A DNA stretch of 61,723 nt, counting the filler, from Choristocarpus tenellus KU-1152 (lineage: Eukaryota; Protista; Phaeophyceae): NCBI GenBank assembly GCA_964200185.2. It is 10 parts of 10 records of this genome, joined end to end, with 100 filler letters (N's around TTAATTAATTAA, not from the genome) between each part and the next. Parts side by side here need not be neighbours in the genome. Positions count along the whole stretch, not along the records: positions 9,085 to 15,890 come from CAXNAD020007308.1; positions 15,991 to 19,310 come from CAXNAD020020831.1; positions 19,411 to 24,634 come from CAXNAD020011442.1; positions 24,735 to 40,536 come from CAXNAD020000924.1; 6 more parts are not named here. One strand, given 5' to 3'. The notes below the pieces were generated by a model. It ran no database searches. It had not been told where the DNA came from and worked only from the letters and a program-made list of their open reading frames with translations. Position 1 is the stretch's first letter, and the number at the start of each line of letters is the position of its first letter. A program made the translations under genes and the position numbers. Positions 12,516 to 24,813 of the stretch are shown piece by piece.

Positions 12516-13060
12516 TGAGCAAGTTTATGAAGTAATATGAGTTTTGCAGGTGGGAGAATACTGGTAGGATCGAGTTACAGGAAAGGGAAGGGTGAGGAAG
12601 GAAAAGATATATTTGCGAAGGATAAGGAAGAGTAAATTAGTGAGTGACTTAGAGAGATGAGAGAGCCAAAGTATCTTAAGGTAGAGCCACGTCCATTTGG
12701 GGGTCAAAATCCAATGTTGCGATTTCTATGTAATTTCGGCTATCGTGTTTTTTAGGAAGTGTCCATATCCTTGTTCCGGACACACCTTTTCATAACGTAT
12801 ACATTTTACCTACGCCGAAATCATTTTGGAGTGGGAAAATGCCATAAAAACCCCAAGGGAAGTCAAGCCTCAAATGGACAAACAGGGCAAAACTCGTGCC
12901 CTCTAAAATACTTTCACTCAGAGATAGGAAAAAAGTGAAAGAAATGAGTGATAGATGGAAGGACAAGGTTAGAGGGAATGGTCAGAACATAAAGAAGACC
13001 CAAGATTGTTGGTACAGAGAGGGGAGGGCTAGAACAAGACAACCTCTGAGCAACCTCTCC
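12516..13060 (-). repeat. Partial copy of the unclassified ~650-bp dispersed repeat, interrupted by a family-B MITE
   Basis: tttatgaagtaatatgag...gagcaacctctcccac matches ~36318-36580 and the reverse complement of ~52420-52680. Confidence 0.6.
12663..12919. mobile_element. MITE family B, complete copy
   Basis: gagccaaagtatcttaag...aaatactttcactc, flanked by aga/aga. Confidence 0.9.
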
Positions 13061-14034
13061 CACCTATTTATAACATGGAAGAGAGAGGAGTTCGAGTAGT
13101 CGAAGAAACCAAGGCAATGTGGGAAGGACTGGTGGGAAGGGCAGAAGGAGGAAGGAGGGACAACAAAGAAGAAAAGGGGAGTGGAGGAGGGGGGGAACAG
13201 AAAGGCATAAGGGAAGAAAAAAAAGAGAGAAGAGCTAGCAGCGAGGAGAATGCGCAAAGAGATAGAGAAAGCCAGGAGAGAGCTGGGCATTAGCGACAAG
13301 GGCGAAAAAGAAAGGGGAAAGAGACGAGACTGAAGAAGGAAAGAGCCAGGGTGAAAGCGAGTCCAGTCAGTTAAGGGCACTGACTAAGGAGGTGGCCAGA
13401 TTGACGAAAAAGATTGATTAAATTGTGGCAGTGTTGGGGGGGAGAACCAGTTAAGGGTAATTAATAGGACAACAAAATCAAAACAAAATCGTGGGCTGAG
13501 ATGGGGGATATACGAGGGGAGACGGAAGAGCGAGTCTACTGACGGTGGCAGAAAGAATGAAGGAAAAATCTATTATTTCAATGTTAGGGATAATTCGTCC
13601 TTTTAGGGTACATCCCCCTGTTCATTCAGGTAGGGGACGTGGGATCCACTCGACAGGGACTACAACAGACCGTTGACAAGAAAGCCAACGTTACTGAAGC
13701 AGTGGCGGAGCAACTGGGGAATCTGTCTGAGTTTATTATTAAGGATTGCATCCCCAAAGGAGAACTGGGCCGACAGACGAGAAAAGGGTATTACGACATG
13801 CCAGACATTTTCGACTGTTTTGTTTCAGTGATGGGAAGGATCTGCAAATATGGGGAAGGGTCGATGCCAGGAAGGAGGAGGACTGAAAAGGTGGTGGAAG
13901 TAATGGAAGAAGCGAGGTGCAAGGTGAGGATAGTTTTATGGGGTGAACAAACCTACGATGATAGAACATTAGGGTTAGGATATTGACACTTCCTAACACG
14001 TTAGCCAAAATTAATTAAAATCACAACATTGTAT

Positions 14035-14292
14035 GAGCTAAAGTATCTTAGAGGGTAGAGCTTCGTCCATTCGGGGTCCAAAATCCAATTCGGCGATTTT
14101 GATGTAATTTTTGCTATTGTGTTTGTTAGGAAGTGTCAGTATTCAAGTTCCCGACACACTTTTCATAATGTATAAATTTTACCTACTTCGAAACATTTTG
14201 GAGTAGGAAAATGCTACAAAAAAAAACATGGGAAGCCAAGCCCCAAATGGACAAACAGGGCAAAACTCGTACCCTCTGAGATACTTTAACTC
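14035..14292. mobile_element. MITE family B, complete copy
   Basis: gagctaaagtatcttagaggg...ccctctgagatactttaactc, flanked by tat/tat. Confidence 0.9.
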
Positions 14293-14369
14293 TATTTAAG
14301 ATCCCAAACGGTCGCGGTCCTACCCTCTTAAATGCTTTGGATCATGGTGACTTCATACTGCCAAAGTAA

Positions 14370-15780
14370 TCCGTCAGGAGAGCTTAAAAACATCCTTCGA
14401 ACTCTCCTCCCCCATCAGTGTGAATGGCATGGATTGATAGCTTCTTTGGCTTGACCTCCTCTACAATGAAGTTCCGGAATACCTTGGCAGTATCACTTTT
14501 CCTTCTCAAAAAGCACACCCACTTCCTTTGAGTCCAGTTGTCCACCAGAATCATGACATAGTAGTTGACACCCGTCCTTGGAACTGCTCCGCAGCCACTG
14601 AAATCCATGACGACTCGCCCCCGACGTTCAGGTCGGATCTTTATTATGTAATCTTCACCTCCAGGGACCTTCGGGGTGACTGTGGTGGGGAATGTAAGTG
14701 TGGGTGGGGAGGGTAGTGCAGTGAGGGCTAGGGGGATGGAGGAGTCTTGAGCAGGGATGGTGTTGGTAATGTGGCGTGGAAGTTCTTCATTGGAGGGTGA
14801 CATGGCAGGTGTTGAAGACCTGGTTGGTGTTCGGTTTCCAGATGCAGTACCTAGTGCTGTGGGTGCTTTAACCAACCAGGCATCCCTCCCATGCTGCAGG
14901 CATTATTTTACCCCCATGGGAGCGGTCATGATGGACATAAGCTCGAGCACCAAAGGCATGGAGATGGGACAGGTCTGGGCGTTTGGAGCGCCAGGCATGG
15001 TAGGGGGTGTCGTAGTTGAAGGTGGCAGTGGGGGAAAGGTTGGTAAGGTGGGTGGCAATGGCAACTACTTCGGGCCATAGTTGTCTGGGAAGATCAGTAT
15101 TAATGAGGAGACTTTGGGCTTTGGGGAAGATGGTACGCCACAGATGTTCAGCCGGGCCGTTATTTTGTGGGATGCAGAGGATAGAAAATTCCTGGCAGAT
15201 GCCATGTTGGGTGTAGTAGGGGGCTAGGTCCTGGCCTGTGAACTCGCAACCATTGTCAGAACGTAGGGTCTTGAGGGACAGGCCAGAAAGTGTGATGACG
15301 TCTGCACAGTAATGCCCAAGGGTGTGGAACACGCCCGCCTTGGATCAAATGAAGTAGACATGGTGAATGTGGGTAGAAGAGTCGGTGTAGATGGCAGTGC
15401 AGCGGCTCCCAGAAAAGGAGGCAGGTGACATAGGCCCTGGTACATCAGTGTGGACAACTTCGAGGGGGTGCCTGGTGGTGTGAAGATCTTGGGGGGTCTG
15501 GGTTGGTTTCATGTGGCATGAGCACCAGATACTGCAGAGTGGGGCATTAGCATGAGTTGCGGGTGGTGGGGTAGTGGTGACTGTGCAATGAGGATAGTAG
15601 CATGGATGGTAGCCAGGTTGGTGGGTGGTGAATGCACAGACTGCCACTATGTTTATGCAGTACATAGCCAACCTTTGATCATCACCCACTCCCACTTGCC
15701 AAGACTATAAAGTAAGAGTAAAGTTAGGATGGAATCGAGGGCCATACATACAAGTTCCATCAAAGAGGAAAATTTGTGCA
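14370..15780 (-). mobile_element. Ty1/Copia pol remnants (two separate integrase core fragments)
   Basis: 15560-14870 carries PLEVVHTDVPGP, LRSDNGCEF, PQNNGPAEHLWRTI, LPRQLWPE, TPYHAW...PDLSHLHAFGARAYVH. 14650-14384 carries a second core: ILVDNWTQRKWVCFLRRKSD...IHTDGGGEF. Frameshifts and stops present. Confidence 0.9.
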
Positions 15781-16034
15781 TCCTCTGATGAGCTGCCTCT
15801 CACTGAGCAGTATTGACATGACTCGAAGTATCTGGGAGGGGGTGGCGGCTGTCCATTTGGGAGCAATTTTTTCATGTCGCGATTTTTGGGNNNNNNNNNN
15901 NNNNNNNNNNNNNNNNNNNNNNNNNNNNNNNNNNTTAATTAATTAANNNNNNNNNNNNNNNNNNNNNNNNNNNNNNNNNNNNNNNNNNNNCCCCCCCCAA
16001 CCAACCAGAAGATTTTGAAAACAATCCTGCAAGT

Positions 16035-16074
<40 letters not shown>

Positions 16075-16817
16075 CATCATGAACAGATAGGATAAAACAA
16101 TCGAATAAACATGAAAATAAACAAAAAAAACACCTCCAATTTTTTATTTATTTAATCCGCTTCTACAGATAGAGCACCCTATCGGGCCCTGTACAATGAA
16201 TCTAAGGTGCTACTACAGGTTTAGGGTTATTAGGTCAGGACATCAGCTTTCGTTCCAGACATATTTCATGGAATGAATCAACCTACAGCAGATTATACAG
16301 CGGTTCAAATGCCTCCAGTCTACCTCGTGAGACTCCACCAATTTCTCCAAATTTTGTGTCCAAAACAGCCCGAATCTTAGATTGCAGTCAGAGATTGTAA
16401 ACCTCAAACCAACTCCATGAGATTCAGCTTGCCCCCACATTTCTAACCATTTTTTTTTGTCCAACTCAAAAAATTTAAAAATCGTGAGTACTACTTCCCT
16501 CTGTAATAGTACTTCCCACAGAACAAAGACTTACACCACGCCTCCGCTAACAATATGAAAACCAACCTCCCTCCAAGGATGCGTGTTTCACAAGCATCAA
16601 CGGATCCGTAAACAGTATCTCACATTCCAAAGCAATATAAAAATAATAATACTCAACCTATTCTTTTTTTACTTGAAAACCACTTCCCAATACATATCAA
16701 CAAAAGCTGACTTCTAAATACACACCCAGTAGCAGTGGAGTTGTACCAAGTTTTTTCACAGAAAAATTTGAGAGGGTACACAAGAGTGTCTTTCAGGGGG
16801 GGGGGAGACGTCCTTGC

Positions 16818-18120
16818 CTGGAAAGACCCAAGGAGGGGCTGGAAGGTGTGCACTGCCACCTGGCATAGTACCCCAGGTGCATTTTCACCACCAAAGAGAT
16901 CTGTGGCCCTCTTCCCCTCATCCATGAGCAGACCCTGTGAAAGATAAAGTTCAGGTCGGGAAGGGGGGGGGAGGTGGAGCACAAATTAGCAACAACAATA
17001 AAAAATGATAGAGTACATTGAAAAGCATATACACATCCATATCCATCGTATCGGACTCCTTAGGTGTCGTTATCTATCTCCCCAAAACAAAAAAGAGTAA
17101 TTTATTTTTAAAAATTAAAATTAAAAAAAAAAATTATGTTCAGACAAGAAAATTTAATCACGCCCTGGTCAAACTGCATATTCTAATACACCCGTTACTT
17201 GATTGCTGTACACCAATATTGTGGTCACAGATGTATACTCAAGTACAGCACAAGCCCTGACTCTCTTACCCAAACAGCAAATGCTTCCTTAAATATTAAC
17301 TTCACACAGGCAAGGCGTTGCACAAAAAAAGTGAAGGATGCTATTGGAACACTTCTCAACCCCAACTGGAACGAAATTGAAAATAAGCATTTCACACATC
17401 CATCACAAATTAACACACATATACATACATAGATAAATATCCTCCCCTTTTAAAAAATGCACAAAAAAATATACATACATAATACACAAAACACATACAT
17501 CAACACACATACATATACACAAAGCACATACATACATACATATACATACTTATACAAACACAAAACACATACATGCATACACATATATATACATACACAA
17601 AACACATACATACACATACATACACATACAAACACAGAACACACATATATATACACACATACATGTACATGTACATATACATACATAGATACACATACAA
17701 TTTTTTTTTTTTAAGATACACCAACAAAACAAAAAAAATCAATTGCATCCACCACTTGTACTCCCAAAACCCAAACCTCTTCATCCCTAACCCTAGCCCC
17801 TGACAACCCCCAAAACCTTCCAGGCACAAGACACGCCTAGCAGCATTTGGGAGACCCTGCCACACCTGAACAAAATCGAGGAAAGATGGGAGCCACATGG
17901 AGAATCCCCCTCCATCCCCACCCCCTACCCTTGCCCCAACGCCACTAATACTATTAGGAGAACCAGCAGGGGCAGAAGCGGAAGTGAATGCAAACCACCT
18001 CTTGTGGGCAGAAGCTGGTCGTGCCCTGGAGTACTCATCCCGAAAGGAGTCTGCCCGTCCCAACTGATCATACATGCGTACAAACTCTGCCAGAGGGGCC
18101 ACCCGGTCCTTCTTCAGTGC
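16818..18120 (-). CDS. COG7: Probable conserved oligomeric Golgi complex subunit 7 (two internal exons)
   Basis: Exon 18120-17866 (ALKKDRVAPLAEFVRMYDQLGRADSFRDEYSRARP...HKRW...FSMWLPSFLDFVQ) joins in phase 0 to an exon starting at 16934 (GLLMDEGKRATDLFG...TFQPLLGSFQ). Resembles the recalled COG7 segment with the WLPxFxD motif. End of second exon uncertain. Confidence 0.6.
17455..17700. repeat. Degenerate AC/AT-rich microsatellite within an intron
   Basis: Low-complexity acatac/acacac tract that explains several spurious ORFs. Confidence 0.9.
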
Positions 18121-20040
18121 CTGAAATTAAGAAATTGAAAGTAGTAGTGATCCAAGGGGGGGACGGGGGTTGATGAATGCTTGGTAGATATTTTGAAGTG
18201 GTTAGAGTTGTGCTTTTGTGCTACAGAGACATGGATAGGGGGGTTATTAGGTGGAGGGCAGGGAAAGGGGAGGTGGGGGAGGGGTAGGGGGGGTGAGTAG
18301 GAAGAGATTTCGAATGATGGGTGCCGATTCCAACTTTCTCAGTAAAAAAAAATTCTTAGAGAGTATGTTCCAACAGTTACTCCAGAATATATTTCTGGCG
18401 ACATTTTTCAATGAAGAATTCCTATAATAATTTCCGTATGTATGGGGTTGAAGTGAATGAAGTCACAAGCAAACACTGAAGGGTATTGTCACTCCATGTA
18501 CATAAAGACAGTAGCCAATCAGATCACTCCATCTACTAGGTGTAACCTCAACACCTCCCCCACCTTACGACCCTCCTCTAGATACAAAAGGATAACAGGT
18601 GGTACCATCCATGCACACACAAGAGTAACAGTCTTCCTTCCCTAACTCCCGAGTGCATCAAGGTATGCAAACACACATTTCAAATAATCTCTCCCCCCCC
18701 CCCACCCCCCCCCCCCCCCNNNNNNNNNNCCTACCCCCCCTTCTCCCTTCTCCATATCAAAAACCCTTTCAAAAAATCTCCCCCCCCCCCCCCCCCCCTC
18801 GTCTTTTCATTCTAGAGATGGAAAAATAGCGGCGCTTCCAAAGAAGTGAATTGTCCTCCATATGAGTTTTCAACCATACCCTAACCCTACCTGCTTTAAA
18901 TGGTGGTCATACTAAAGCATAATCATAATACATCAGTACCTACACACAATGGTCAGATGTTCATCTTAGACTACCAGAGTCTCACCACCCCCGTTACACT
19001 TCGCATGCATGCATACATACACACACAAAGCTGACAGAACGTCGTCCACGCTTCATACCACCATCAGCTTCATCCCAAGAAAGAGCCGCATCAACAGTTT
19101 CGCCGACTCTTACATTTTTTTATAATTATTATCTCCCAGCATCGTCGTCGCGTTCGCTTGTTTTTTTTTTCAGAACAATATTAAATACAAGTATGATGGT
19201 GGTTCACATTTTCTTTTTTTTTAAATACAAAGTACAAACCCGTGCAACAAACTTTCAGTTTTCTGGACCAGTCCGGGGGGGGGGACAGCACGTCCAACGT
19301 CGGCCACATGNNNNNNNNNNNNNNNNNNNNNNNNNNNNNNNNNNNNNNNNNNNNTTAATTAATTAANNNNNNNNNNNNNNNNNNNNNNNNNNNNNNNNNN
19401 NNNNNNNNNNGAACATTGCGGTAAGCCAGTGCGGCAAGGGAGTTTTCGGGTCTGGGACAACCTAAACACAGGTTGAAAATCTCTTCAGTGGTTTGTGTGT
19501 CCTTGTAGCTTCAGTCAAGTCAAAAGGGACCTCATAACCAAATTTTTATTGACTTTGGCTTGTAGTGAGCGCTAAGCATGCAATTATACAAATTTGGCAC
19601 TCTTCTGACTACAATGCCAAGGAATCGCCTGAGAAGTACTTGAGGAGGTATGAGCATTAAAAAATCCCTAGCAAAACGACTTTCAAATTCGCTTTAATAC
19701 CTCACACATAATTCCCTACAGAAATGGTGCATATACATACACACTCTTGAGTGTATTCCGATTAGTATATTTCAAGACCATCCCGCAAATGAACCATTGA
19801 GGAGCACTTTCATCATTGACGCAACCCCGAAAGACTGGAAGAGGCGTGTCTTCACAAAACTACCCCATGCCTTGAACCAGAACAAAACCGTACGTTCTTT
19901 GCCCCTTTTCGAAATTGAGAGGCAAAACCATCCAGTTTCAACATAAAAAATAGGTGGTGGACTACTCATGCCGATACAAGAACATCTTTCCACGCTGCAT
20001 AACATGCCTTTTTCTTCATGCATATTGCGAGAAAGGTCAC

Positions 20041-21021
20041 CTTGTCTGTTACATCGCCTTTCACTACCTCCACATTCTCAGCATCTTCTGGGCTGATGGG
20101 CCGATGGTAGTGGTACTTTTGTGGGTCTCGCACAAGGGCCACAACCTGGGATTCAATCGAGACGAAACACCCCGCCCAACAGCAACTTAGCGTTGATAGC
20201 TAGACGGACCATTTGGGTGAGAAGAGAGTGAGGCGATCACACAGTAGTGGTGATACATCACCTACCTGTTAAAAAAAAAACGAGGCACAACCTGGAGACA
20301 CTTATCGTACGAGGACATATACACGAGTGGTATTCTAATGATTGTCGCGCATTTGGATATGCGATGCTTGGTTGGGAACCTCACAACAGGATAAGGGCGA
20401 ATTTTCTCGACACTTGCTCCATTACTATCGGTTAATTCGACCGACTACAAATACATACCTTACAGCCGTTATCGGTCAGCCCTTGAACAACCTTGGCGGT
20501 AGTAGCACGGGGGAGAGGGGGTTGGGATTACCTTAAGCATCATTTTTCCAGATATTTAAAGATAAAGAAGTTATATATGCATATATTACGAGTTAGGACG
20601 CTTTCTGACAAGGTTGCAGGATATTCATACATCCCATTAGAGAGAATAGTATTGCCCCGAGGAGATCTGTCCAACTTGAGATATTACACTCCTGTCTCGA
20701 CTTAACAAGGTCGATGTAGAGCACTAAGTCACTAAGTCAAGGATAACCAAATCCGCATATGACACGGAGAACTAAGGCAGACTATAATTGGTGGGATTTT
20801 TATGTATAAGGCTATGATGACCTGTGCATGTTGACACAAAGAGAACCAGTGGCCAGTCCGAAGTTGAACCTCGTTCAGGAAGAAAAACTTACGAGTCTTC
20901 CGAGTCTCCCACTCGCTCCGACGACTAGGACCCTGGGCGGGTTAGCCTTGAAGGCGCTCACACATGAAGTGAGGAGCACAAGAATAGGAAGTGTAAGCAG
21001 GCGAGATAGCTGCAACATCAT
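20041..21021 (-). CDS. NAD(P)-binding Rossmann-fold protein (NmrA/atypical SDR-like) with signal peptide plus SAF motif (3' partial)
   Basis: Phase-0 GT-AG exons 21021-20893, 20491-20459 and 20145-20041 give MMLQLSRLLTLPILVLLTSCVSAF-KANPPRVLVVGASGRLGRL|VVQGLTDNGCK|VVALVRDPQK...VEVVKGDVTDK, with GxxGxxG, VALVR and GDV motifs. Confidence 0.85.
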
Positions 21022-21905
21022 GTGCCATAAGAGATGTCTTCTTCCTACCTCTCCTATTACTCCAACAAACGACTGCTCAAAATTGAAAAATAATATATTG
21101 TTGATCGATTGATTATCGAGTGAGTTGTTGACCTTTGTGTTCAATATTCAGTATTCAGTATTCACGACTTCAGGTACGAGAGTACTATCTAGTACAACAA
21201 CAGTTTGCCTTTTCTGAACGGGACCAGTCCAGGGCCGCAAGAAATTTATCGGTCAGGTCAAGGGTGAAACATAACATGATTCTGTCAACACCATTCATGA
21301 CGATGATGATCTGTAAATTGGCGTGTAAATATACTATTAACAGCGATAATGTATACAAAACCTAAAATTATATCCTCCCAAAGGACGAACAAGAGTAAGG
21401 GGTGGTCACCATCGGGTTCCTCTAGAAGAGTATGCCCTATTGCCATGTCAATACCAGCAATTCGTCAAGCACCACCCTAGCTTGGGTCAAAACGGAGTGG
21501 ACTTCTGTACAGTAGTTGATACAATCTGACAAGCGAACACGACCTGGTACGATGTATTGACACCTACATGTATGTAGACAATACGACTTCATCCCTCGAT
21601 AATGTAGGTATGTTTTTTTAGCGAATGTATGCACCCGTCACTGCTGTTGATTACACACCTAAAACAAGCTTTAAAGATGTTTTATCAAGAGTGACAATCT
21701 GTCACGCTCGCTATAATTATAGTGTTGTAGCTAGTCTTGAAAATAGCTTCCGAGACTGATTGTTACGCCTACTCACTAATTTCGGGTTCTGAGTAGTTTT
21801 ATATAGTATATATAATTAAACAAGACAGTGAGTCTACAATGGTGAGGGTTTTGGAGTAGATAGGGGTACCAGACCTGCCTAGTGATAGGAGTATATGATA
21901 AACAT

Positions 21906-22162
21906 GAGGCCAAACCAATTGAAAGTTAGGCAGGTTTGGACCCTTTTCCATTCTAAGTCATCTATCTCACTTACCCTGTGCCACACACTCTATTTCATTT
22001 CGTTATGTAGACTATGGTGCATGCAAAATTGATATTCACCTTTCGACACAAAGTGACATCACAGTTCAGCAAGGTTTTCTCTGCAATTTGGAAATGGCGT
22101 CTTTCTTCCCTTTCTCGGGATCCTAAAATGTAACTCTGTCTACTTCTCAATTGGTTCGGCTC
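21906..22162. mobile_element. MITE family C (~257 bp, GAG termini)
   Basis: TIRs gaggccaaaccaattgaaagttaggcag / ctgtctacttctcaattggttcggctc. A second truncated copy is at 37759-~37975. Confidence 0.75.
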
Positions 22163-22399
22163 ATGGCGAGTCCGGCCCATTGAAGACCATGGCCGAACTG
22201 AGCCCTGGGCCAACGCAGGGTCCCCATTCAAAACAAATCGAGGACAGCAATAACATAGTATATGGCAATGGTCTGGTCAGCCCTCGGTTGTTAGCCATGC
22301 GATAAGGTTTTGTCACATATGTATGGGTTATTCCGGCGATGGTTAAAGATGTTGTGGTGTACTGCAGCACATTTGTTTTTTGTTCGTTTAGAGAAGGAG

Positions 22400-24150
22400 G
22401 ACATTACAACGTACCGACGATCACAGCAAAGTCTTGGGGAGTCGCGATTTCCAGCAGTGGTGTGGGCAACTGCGTGCACCCTGTTAGCAACGTGTAAACA
22501 TCTACAAGGAAACATCACTAGTACAATTGCACGCCCGAGACCTATCCATAGGGAACGAAGACAGACAACAAGTTTGAAAGCAATGGAAAAAAAAGGCAGC
22601 ACACCCTTCTTACCTTCCACTTGCCATCCTTGTAGGCTTGGACGAAGGATGTGTCCATCTTCTCTTTCACCTCGTCCGTTGATGCCGTGTTGGACACGAA
22701 CACCTCCACCCTCCTGCTCCGTTCAAGGGCCGCCTCCACCACGTCGTGCCTCTCTGCACTGTAGGAGACGACAGTGTCCCCAGCATTCGTGCACCTATCA
22801 TAGGAGGGCAGTTTGTCAATTATCCCTATGGAGTATATTGTATTGCGCACGGATTCATCATGTCGCAATGTATGAGTAACGTTCCGATACAGGGCAACAC
22901 ACTCTTGGTGCGGTTTGATGCTTAACGTATCGATTCGGGAAACAAACTCGTGGGATGGATTGACGCCCCTGAACCGTCACCCAGCTCGTTCTGTTACTGT
23001 TTAACGATATCCTACACCTACACAAAAAAAAAATCGCTGCTTCTGTGAAGAAGGATGTGTGTGATGTTATTAACGAACCTATTAACGAGGAAGTGGAGGG
23101 CCCTCATGGGGATGTCCGTTGCAGCACCTTCGTATTCGACGTCCAACATGGTTTGGAATACCGGAGGAGATGCATCACGCCCATGGCCAAAGATGTCGTC
23201 GACCGTGACTCGCTTATTTGCATGTGAACATTGTCCCATCGTTGTGTGCGAGAATAATAAGGTTCTGACAACATCTGAGATGGTTATCTGTGCCTAATTG
23301 AGGGCGCCCCCCCCCCTCGTCTTGTATATTAGGGTTAGGGGATGATCCTCCACAATCAAGCCCACCTTCGACGCCATAAGAGCCTCTGAATGAATAGAAG
23401 GCGGGAGCGAGCGCGTGGGTCCGGCATGCGTCAAACTTGACAGTGACATCACACAAGTAGTTATCGTAGGGATTCATGAAATCTCGTACCACTAACATTG
23501 TAATAGCACAATGAGTGTGGAACGCAAGGCAAATAACCAATGCAAAATTGCAAACAATAGGAAATTAAGTAATAATAGAAGTAAATATGGCAAAAATAAT
23601 GTAGTGAAGATGAGTAACACCAGCATGTGATTCGCGGACAATGAAACAAAGAACTACAAAGGACCCGGGGGAAAGAGCAAGCGACACAAAAGGAAGTAGA
23701 AGGTACGAAGGACATAAAACAACATGGGGAAAGTGAAAAAAGAATACACACGACCTAATCCGCATCTCCTGAACGGTCGCACAATATTCTATCGGCACAC
23801 GGACGGAATGATAACGGCCATGGCAGATCGCATCAGTCTCCCGAAATATACCCCGTATTCCAGCACTTGCGAACTCTGAAACTCACCACCTAGGCGGTGT
23901 AATTGCGCCATCCACGGGTGGGGCACAATGAGCGCGATGGTGCCCTGAGGATATATCTTCACTCACAAGCACTTAAGAACCTCGCGCAAGTGTGTGTTGG
24001 TTGCCTCTTCGTCGTTGAGGAGTCTTGGTTCGGCGGCAATGGACACTATGGCGAGCTTTAGCGCATTGCGGAAGGAGAAATCTTTCAGGTCGTCTAAGGG
24101 TACCGTAGGGTCGAGAGGGTGAAGGTCATGTAGTGCAGTGTTCTCACTCC
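22400..24150 (-). pseudogene. Degraded intron-containing coding sequence, possibly a Mutator-like (MULE) transposase
   Basis: Long coding-like frames with stops and frameshifts; one frame-preserving splice (~23755 to ~23490) and another (~22610 to ~22480). Weak MULE-like features: YPQGTIALI, RPFRRCGLVV..D, and a SWIM-like SCPHHCWKSRLP. Family assignment tentative. Confidence 0.4.
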
Positions 24151-24734
24151 TGTTTGGACATCATGACACACGACACAGTAGACAGACAGCACGACAAGAA
24201 GGACAGTGTAGTAAGCTACGGTGCAGGCAATCTTTTCATTAAGTGAGGTCCTGACAATATTTCCACGACATCTCCAAAATGTCAGGCCGTACCCTCCACA
24301 ATGCCAGACTCATCGGATACATCTCATGGAAGGAGGGTAGACGTCAAAACACTAAGTTCCATGGCCCATGGAAACCTCCAAAAAAACGACACATCCAAGG
24401 CACAAAGGACAAGCAATCCACATGATGTACAAGCAGCCAAGACCTATGTGCAAACCAACGCGAAAACAAACACGCAGAGACGACTTGTGTGTCTGTATAA
24501 TGTGCAACCATGCCGAGACCCACATGCACTTCTCCATGTCGGCTGTTTCGCTGCGCGAGGGGGGGCATAAAAGGCTTTGCGTCGTGGGTGACCCGTCCGC
24601 GCTCCTTGCGTGAGCCTTACCCTTGCCCTTGCCCNNNNNNNNNNNNNNNNNNNNNNNNNNNNNNNNNNNNNNNNNNNNTTAATTAATTAANNNNNNNNNN
24701 NNNNNNNNNNNNNNNNNNNNNNNNNNNNNNNNNN

Positions 24735-24813
24735 GTCTGGTCCGTCTTGCCCGGTGATTCTCTTTGCCACCCTTGCCTGAGTGAACCACACCGCCACAGA
24801 ATCACACGATTCA
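24735..24813 (+). mobile_element. 3' end of an LTR (same family as 55564-55904)
   Basis: gtctggtccgtcttg...gccacagaatcacacgattca is nearly identical to 55826-55904; cut by the contig start. Confidence 0.7.

Noticed and set aside
15786-15815. Hammerhead ribozyme core (CTGATGA), also at 36860-36866 on the minus strand
   Set aside because: No GAAA after stem II and no closing stems found.
17450-17803. Cys/Tyr/Val- or His/Thr-rich ORFs
   Set aside because: Translation of a microsatellite.
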